From positions 32,001-96,000 of the forward strand of contig JBFJCP010000010.1 of assembly GCA_041615815.1 (NCBI GenBank): DNA of 64,000 nucleotides, read 5' to 3'. Source of the stretch: Gemmatimonadales bacterium (GTDB taxonomy: Bacteria; Gemmatimonadota; Gemmatimonadetes; Gemmatimonadales; GWC2-71-9). Positions 58,607 through 64,000 of this stretch are shown here, one piece after another. A model generated the notes under the pieces. It worked only from the letters and a program-made list of their open reading frames with translations. It was not told the origin of the DNA and made no database searches. The first letter of the stretch is position 1. Every line of letters starts with the position of its first letter. The position numbers were made by a program, and so were the translations under genes.

Positions 58607-58891
58607 ATGAGGATGCGTCGAAGAACGCTCGCCTCGCGGCTCCGGGCTCGACGACGACGACGGTGGGTGACTCGAATGCTGGCACTCGGCGGTGCGGTGG
58701 CGCTCGGTCGTCGGCTTGGCCCCAAGGAGAAGAAGTTGTGGCAGCGGATGTTCGACAAACTGCCGGACGGTTTTCCGCCCAAGGCGATGTTCCTGAATAT
58801 CCGGGCCATCCGGGCGCAAAACGAGCGAATCATCCAACTGCTGGAAGAGCACCAGCACGCGCCGATCGAACGACCGCTGAAAACGGGTTAG
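58607..58891 (+). CDS. Small basic membrane-associated hypothetical protein
   Basis: Strong GAGGAGGTG RBS; Arg-rich N-terminus, short hydrophobic helix, FPPKAMF..I.AIR..NERII motif. Confidence 0.6.
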   Translation: MRMRRRTLASRLRARRRRRWVTRMLALGGAVALGRRLGPKEKKLWQRMFDKLPDGFPPKAMFLNIRAIRAQNERIIQLLEEHQHAPIERPLKTG

Positions 58892-59096
58892 TTCTCTATA
58901 ATGGTCCGGCACCGAGCCGAGAACGGCCGGTGATGCTTAGGTCGTCATAGCACTAGCGCGGCGCGCGACAGGGTGAGGGAATGCTGGACGCGGCGCGTAC
59001 GGTGCTGTTCGTTTCAATCTGCCGCAATGCACCGCCGCGCAACGTCCCGAAGCCCGAACTTGGTGCATTGCTTCAACCTCTTCGGTAGGGTGTCCC

Positions 59097-61730
59097 GTGA
59101 TAAACACGCTTTGGCACCGAGTCGTCGCGACCGTGATTCTCGCGATCGCCGCCCTTCCCGCCGCCGCACAACAAGTCCCCAGCCCCACCGATGCCTTCGG
59201 ATTCACACCCGGTGACGACTACCAACTGGCCGACTACGAGCAGATGGTAGCGTACTACCGGCAACTCGATGAGGCCAGCGACCGCGTTCAGATGATGGAG
59301 ATTGGGCGCTCAGCGATGGGTCGACCCATGTATCTCCTCATCGTCTCCAGCCGTGAGAACATGCAAGACCTCGACCGCTGGCGTTCCATCGTTCAGCAGC
59401 TGGGGCGAGCGCGGGTGGAAGATGGTGAAGCGCTTGAGCTTGCGCGGGAGGGACGAGCCGTTGTTTGGATCGACGGAGGACTCGACGATCAGGAGTACGC
59501 GACCGGGCAGATGATGCCGGCCTTGATTCACCGCATGGTCTCGGAAGACTCCGACGAAATGAGGAAGATCCGTCGTAACGTCGTTGCCCTCGTGATGCCC
59601 CACATGAACCCCGATGCCTCGCACAACGACGTCAGTTGGTATCGCGAACACCGGGGAACGCCATTCGAGATCACGGATCCCCCGCGGCTCGGCCAGCCCT
59701 ATGTCGGGACAGACAACAACCGGGATTGGTTCATGATCACGCAGCCCGAAACCTGGGCTGCGTCACGCATTTTCTATCATGAGTGGTACCCGCAGATCGT
59801 TTACAACCACCACCAGACCGGACCCTCGTATACGCGAATCTTCATTCCGCCGTACGCCGATCCGGTGAACCCCAACATTCACCCCGGGGTCGTGGCGGGC
59901 GTCAACATGGTGGGAGCCGCCATGGCCAGCCGGTATGCGGCAAAGCGCATGCCGGGATACGTGTCGCGAGCGATTTACAGCATGTGGTGGAACGGAGGCA
60001 TGCGCCTCGCACCGTACTATCACAACATGATCGGCATCCTCACGGAGACGTCGCACGCTTCCCCCACGCCGTACTCCTATGACGTGGACAATTGGCCCGA
60101 GACGATTCCCATGCGGCGCGGCGAGGCACCGCGCACCGATGGCACGAGCATCTTCCATCCCTACCCGTGGAAATCCGCCGAATCGCATTTCCGAGACGCG
60201 GTCGATTACATGGTCGAAGCCTCGATCGCGACGCTCAATCTGGCGGCGAACTATCGTGAGGAATTGCTCTACAACTTCTATCGGATGGGGAGGGACGGCG
60301 TCGAGGCTGGACGGAGCGGCGGTCCGTTTGCGTATGTGGTGCCCGCGGATCAGTGGGATCCCAGTTCCGCACGCGAGCTACTCAATGTCCTCCGGCGTGG
60401 GGGGATCGAAATCGATCGGGCTACGAGAGCGTTCCAAGCTGGCGGCCGGGAATTCGCTGCAGGATCGTTCGTGCTCTACGCCGGTCAGGCCTTTCGCCCC
60501 CATCTGATGGACATGCTGGAGCCGCAACGGTATCCCGAGCGCCGGCGGTTTGCCGGGGGTCCGCCCGAGACGCCGTACGACCTGGCCGGTTGGACGTTAC
60601 CGATGCAAATGGGCGTGAATGTGGCTCGGATCGAACAGCCGTTCACGGCCCGGACGGAACCCGTCGAGCAGTTCGTGGAAGTGACGGCCGGTCGCGTAGC
60701 CGGTCGTGCGGCGTTTGGGTATGCACTCTCTCGCCGTGTCAATGCGAGCGTCAAGGCCGTGAACCGCCTGCTCGCGGCCGGCGACCGTGTATCATGGGCC
60801 GTGGTGGATTTCGAGGGCGGCGGTGTGCGCTTCGACGCCGGGACGTTTCTCATCCACGCCGGCGATGGCACGGCAGGACGCGTCCAAGAATTGGCTCGCG
60901 AGCTCGGGCTCGATTTCACCGGACTGTCGGCGGCACCATCCGTCGAGGTCCGAGAGATTCGACTCCCGAGGGTAGGTCTCTACCGCTCTTGGATCCCCAT
61001 CGACGATCAGGGGTGGACGCTGTGGCTTCTCGAAGGCTATGGCTTTCCGGTCGATACCTTGTCCAACCAGGACATCCGTGACGGTGCGCTCGACCGTTAC
61101 GATGCCATCATTCTTCCAGACCAGAGTTCGGAAGGCATCATGAACGGCCATGCTCCGGGTACGATGCCGGAACCCTTTGTTGGCGGCATCGGCAGTGAGG
61201 GCATGGCGGCGCTTCAGCGTTTTGTGCGAAACGGCGGCACGCTCGTCGGCTTCGACGACGCGAGCGATCTCCTGATACAGCAGCTGGGCGTGCCGGTACG
61301 GAACGCCGTTTTGGATGTCCCACCGGAGGACTTCTTCATTCCTGGTTCGTTGGTCCGAGCACTCATCGATGTCCGTCATCCACTTGCCCACGGAATGCAG
61401 CCTCAGACGGCAGCCTCGTATCAGCGGAGCCGCGCGTTCGAGGTGGTCCACATCAGCAAGAGCCGGGAAGGAGGCCGCGTCGACTTACCCGCGTCCGCCG
61501 CCCCTCCCGTGGACATCGTGGCGCGGTACGGGGAAACCGACATTCTCATGAGCGGTTGGGCCATGGGTGAAGAGCGGTACCTTGCGGGACGCCCGGCATT
61601 GGTCCGTGTCCCGAACGGGAGTGGGGACGTCGTCCTATTTGCTTTTCGGCCGCAGTTTCGCGGGCAGCCGCACGGAACCTACAAACTGATCTTCAACACG
61701 CTGTACGCGGCGACCGTGGATGGTTGGTAG
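59097..61730 (+). CDS. Exported M14 carboxypeptidase-family protein with a C-terminal GATase-like domain
   Basis: Signal peptide (AAA-Q); IGRSAMGR, VWIDGGL, NPD, DNNRD, YNHHQ, GILTET, PYDLAGWTLP, FRPQFRGQ. Confidence 0.85.
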   Translation: MINTLWHRVVATVILAIAALPAAAQQVPSPTDAFGFTPGDDYQLADYEQMVAYYRQLDEASDRVQMMEIGRSAMGRPMYLLIVSSRENMQDLDRWRSIVQQLGRARVEDGEALELAREGRAVVWIDGGLDDQEYATGQMMPALIHRMVSEDSDEMRKIRRNVVALVMPHMNPDASHNDVSWYREHRGTPFEITDPPRLGQPYVGTDNNRDWFMITQPETWAASRIFYHEWYPQIVYNHHQTGPSYTRIFIPPYADPVNPNIHPGVVAGVNMVGAAMASRYAAKRMPGYVSRAIYSMWWNGGMRLAPYYHNMIGILTETSHASPTPYSYDVDNWPETIPMRRGEAPRTDGTSIFHPYPWKSAESHFRDAVDYMVEASIATLNLAANYREELLYNFYRMGRDGVEAGRSGGPFAYVVPADQWDPSSARELLNVLRRGGIEIDRATRAFQAGGREFAAGSFVLYAGQAFRPHLMDMLEPQRYPERRRFAGGPPETPYDLAGWTLPMQMGVNVARIEQPFTARTEPVEQFVEVTAGRVAGRAAFGYALSRRVNASVKAVNRLLAAGDRVSWAVVDFEGGGVRFDAGTFLIHAGDGTAGRVQELARELGLDFTGLSAAPSVEVREIRLPRVGLYRSWIPIDDQGWTLWLLEGYGFPVDTLSNQDIRDGALDRYDAIILPDQSSEGIMNGHAPGTMPEPFVGGIGSEGMAALQRFVRNGGTLVGFDDASDLLIQQLGVPVRNAVLDVPPEDFFIPGSLVRALIDVRHPLAHGMQPQTAASYQRSRAFEVVHISKSREGGRVDLPASAAPPVDIVARYGETDILMSGWAMGEERYLAGRPALVRVPNGSGDVVLFAFRPQFRGQPHGTYKLIFNTLYAATVDGW

Positions 61731-61746
61731 GCACGCCTAGATCCTC

Positions 61747-61792
61747 GCGTAATACGACAAGGGCCTCGCACGAGGCCCTTGTCGTATTACGC
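61747..61792. repeat. Perfect 22-bp inverted repeat with a 2-nt spacer
   Basis: GCGTAATACGACAAGGGCCTCG-ca-CGAGGCCCTTGTCGTATTACGC. Confidence 0.95.
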
Positions 61793-61889
61793 CCACGACA
61801 TATTCTGCAGTGCACCCGTTGCTGGGAGTGACGCCATGCGGACGGTCGAACCACGATGAGGCATCGTCGGTGCCGCTGGTGATGCACCG

Positions 61890-63116
61890 GTGACCCCCTC
61901 ACGACGGTCGTTCATCGGGGCCCTCGCCACGGCACCGTTGTGGCAACCATTCGCCACCATTGGCGGCGCTGGGGTGCGACGAGCGCGCTCCGTGGCCGTG
62001 GTGGGAGCCGGCGCGTTTGGCGGATGGTCCGCCCTGGCGCTGCTCCGCGCGGGTGTCCAGGTCACCCTGGTGGATGCCTGGGGGCCGGGGAACGGACGTG
62101 CCAGCTCCGGGGGCGACACGCGCGTGATCCGCACCGAGTACGGCCCGCAGATCTGGTACACCCAAATGGCCGCCCGGGCACAGGCGCTTTGGAGGGAGAG
62201 TCAGGCCAGGTGGAATCGCCCACTCTATCAACGGACCGGACTCATCTTGATGGTGAGCGCGGAGGACGAATACCATCGGGCGGCGCTCACGGTACTGCAC
62301 GACCAAGGGATCGGTGCCGCGGCGCTCAGCCCGGCCGAGGCGGCCCGCCGGTTTCCAGAGGTCGATTTCTCGGACGTGCAGTGGGTGCTGTGGGAGGAGG
62401 ATGCCGGCTACCTCCGGGCGCGAGAGGCCTGCCGGGCGGTAGTGGAGGCATTCGTCACGGAAGGGGGGACGTATCGGACCGCTGCGGCGCGTCCCGGGAG
62501 GCTCACGGCCGCGGGGCTGGACGGCATCGAGCTCTCCGATGGCACTCGGCTGGTGCGGGACACCTACGTTTTTGCGTGTGGCCCCTGGTTGCCGCGGCTG
62601 TTTCCAGACGTGCTCGGTGATTTCGTGACAACGAGCCGCCAGGAGGTTTTTTACTTCGCCACTCCCGAAGGCGATTCCCGCTTCGACGATGATCGCTTTC
62701 CGGTTTGGGCCCATCACGGCGAGCGCTTCTTCTATGGAATACCGGGGAACGATGGGAGGGGATTCAAGATCGCGGACGACACTCGCGGTCCCCCGTTCGA
62801 CCCCACACGAGAGGATCGGGTGGTGCGGCCGGAGGCCGTCGCGCGGGTCCGCGCGTATCTGGGCATACGGTTTCCGGCGCTGGCGAACGCCCCACTGCTC
62901 GAGACGCGAGTGTGCCAGTACGCCAACACTCCAGACGGAGACTTTATTCTCGATCGGCATCCGGGCGCGGACAACACCTGGCTGGTGGGTGGCGGCTCCG
63001 GGCACGGGTTCAAGCACGGACCGGCGATCGGAGAGCTCGTTCGGGATCTGGTGACCGGACGCCGGGATCCGATACCGATGTTTACCCTTTCGCGTAATCG
63101 CGGAGGAGGACCGTGA
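61890..63116 (+). CDS. FAD-dependent oxidoreductase, sarcosine oxidase/SolA family, with a Tat-like signal
   Basis: SRRSFIG; VVGAGAFG, SSGGDTRVIR, ACGPW, VCQYANTPDGDFILD, GGSGHGFKHGP. Confidence 0.88.
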   Translation: MTPSRRSFIGALATAPLWQPFATIGGAGVRRARSVAVVGAGAFGGWSALALLRAGVQVTLVDAWGPGNGRASSGGDTRVIRTEYGPQIWYTQMAARAQALWRESQARWNRPLYQRTGLILMVSAEDEYHRAALTVLHDQGIGAAALSPAEAARRFPEVDFSDVQWVLWEEDAGYLRAREACRAVVEAFVTEGGTYRTAAARPGRLTAAGLDGIELSDGTRLVRDTYVFACGPWLPRLFPDVLGDFVTTSRQEVFYFATPEGDSRFDDDRFPVWAHHGERFFYGIPGNDGRGFKIADDTRGPPFDPTREDRVVRPEAVARVRAYLGIRFPALANAPLLETRVCQYANTPDGDFILDRHPGADNTWLVGGGSGHGFKHGPAIGELVRDLVTGRRDPIPMFTLSRNRGGGP

Positions 63117-64000
63117 GACTTCGCCTCGGGGTGGTCGCCTCTTTCCTGGTGGCGCTTCCAGCGCCAGCACACGCGCAGTTTTCTCATGACGAGTTCCACG
63201 CCACGCTGCGGGGGTGGGCGGAATCGGTGTGGCTGCACGCGCTGGACCGTCGGAGCGCCGCAGGCGGTCGCGTGAGCGAGAACGGTATCCTCGAGCGCTT
63301 CAACGAGGTCATCGACGACAAGTACTTTCTCGATCGCTTGACGGCGGCGTTCACCCCGATCGAGGACTATGAGTGGTATGCCCGCGAGAGCGGTGTGCGA
63401 TGGAGTGGTGGGAGCATCACCAAGCGGAGTCTTGCGGTCGATCTCGAGCTCAAAGCGACTGTTCCACTCGGTGAGAAATGGGGCTTTGGCGTTCGTGTCA
63501 ACAAGACGGAGTTCCCGGAGGTGAACCACACCACGTTTCGGTTCCGTCTGGCCCGATCGCTTTCCTCTCGCCTGACCGTGTTTGCCGAGTCGTTTCTCGA
63601 TCCCCAGAAGCCCGGATCCGACGTGGAGGCGGGCATCCGCTGGCGGTCACCGAGTGACGCACGCGTCGAGGCCACCATCGGTGTCTTGGATTTCCCCAAC
63701 GATTTCATCTACCTCAACTTGAACGCGCAGCGACAAACCGGTGTCGACTCCACGCTGGAATACGAACGTCAACCCATCACCGTTCGTACGTCATTTTCCG
63801 TTCCCCTGACGTCCTCGTTTCGGCTCGAGGGTCATGGCGCCGTGGCGAGGCCCTCGACCATCCTGGCGTATGAGGGAAAGGATGAGTCCGCGGGGTTCAG
63901 GCAGCACGAACGATTCGCATTTGCCGGAGCGCTCCTGGAATGGGTTCCGCGACCGGGGCTCATGGCCGCAGCGTTCGTGAACACGGTATATGCCCGTTCC
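63113..64000 (+). CDS. Exported protein, probably an outer-membrane beta-barrel (truncated by the window end)
   Basis: GTG overlaps the oxidase stop, with GGAGGAGG just upstream. MRLRLGVVASFLVALPAPAHA-Q signal, then amphipathic strands (LELKATVPL, WGFGVRV, FRFRL, VEAGIRW). Absent from the ORF track. Confidence 0.7.
   Translation, partial: MRLRLGVVASFLVALPAPAHAQFSHDEFHATLRGWAESVWLHALDRRSAAGGRVSENGILERFNEVIDDKYFLDRLTAAFTPIEDYEWYARESGVRWSGGSITKRSLAVDLELKATVPLGEKWGFGVRVNKTEFPEVNHTTFRFRLARSLSSRLTVFAESFLDPQKPGSDVEAGIRWRSPSDARVEATIGVLDFPNDFIYLNLNAQRQTGVDSTLEYERQPITVRTSFSVPLTSSFRLEGHGAVARPSTILAYEGKDESAGFRQHERFAFAGALLEWVPRPGLMAAAFVNTVYARS

Overview
A 64 kb, GC-rich, gene-dense bacterial chromosomal segment. 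Gene content and style suggest Gemmatimonadota (inference only). It holds about 68 protein genes, one tRNA-Lys(TTT) and one probable frameshifted remnant, with no CRISPR array, integrase or transposase. In order: cyoE plus two tiny coupled membrane ORFs; dnaK-degP; a leaderless operon rhomboid-eutN-eutN-deoC; phoBR, pstSCABB and phoU; a divergent nucleotide/nucleoside catabolic operon (cpdB-like, ThiS-like, add, nupC, PNP); two ECF sigma/anti-sigma clusters, each followed by a pair of exported solenoid proteins (HEAT; DUF4097); ffh-rpsP-rimM-trmD-rplS-rnhB; a sigma54-driven operon (two paralogous lipoproteins, a pseudo-receiver enhancer-binding protein, a TPR protein; no kinase); a SWIB protein with a histone-H1-like tail; and assorted envelope enzymes. 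The best candidate system is a bacterial microcompartment satellite locus whose deoxyribose-phosphate aldolase carries an encapsulation-peptide-like N-terminal helix. It flanks the Pho/Pst block on one side while nucleoside-catabolic genes flank the other, suggesting phosphate-linked nucleotide scavenging that feeds a microcompartment. Other notable signals: the kinase-less sigma54 module; a 21-nt direct repeat bracketing degP, with one copy split exactly by a terminator hairpin; degenerate 7/8/9-mer intergenic repeats, one array lying in frame inside ffh; and an M14 peptidase with an HxxE-to-DxxE metal-site change. All family calls come from motif recognition by eye, with no database search.
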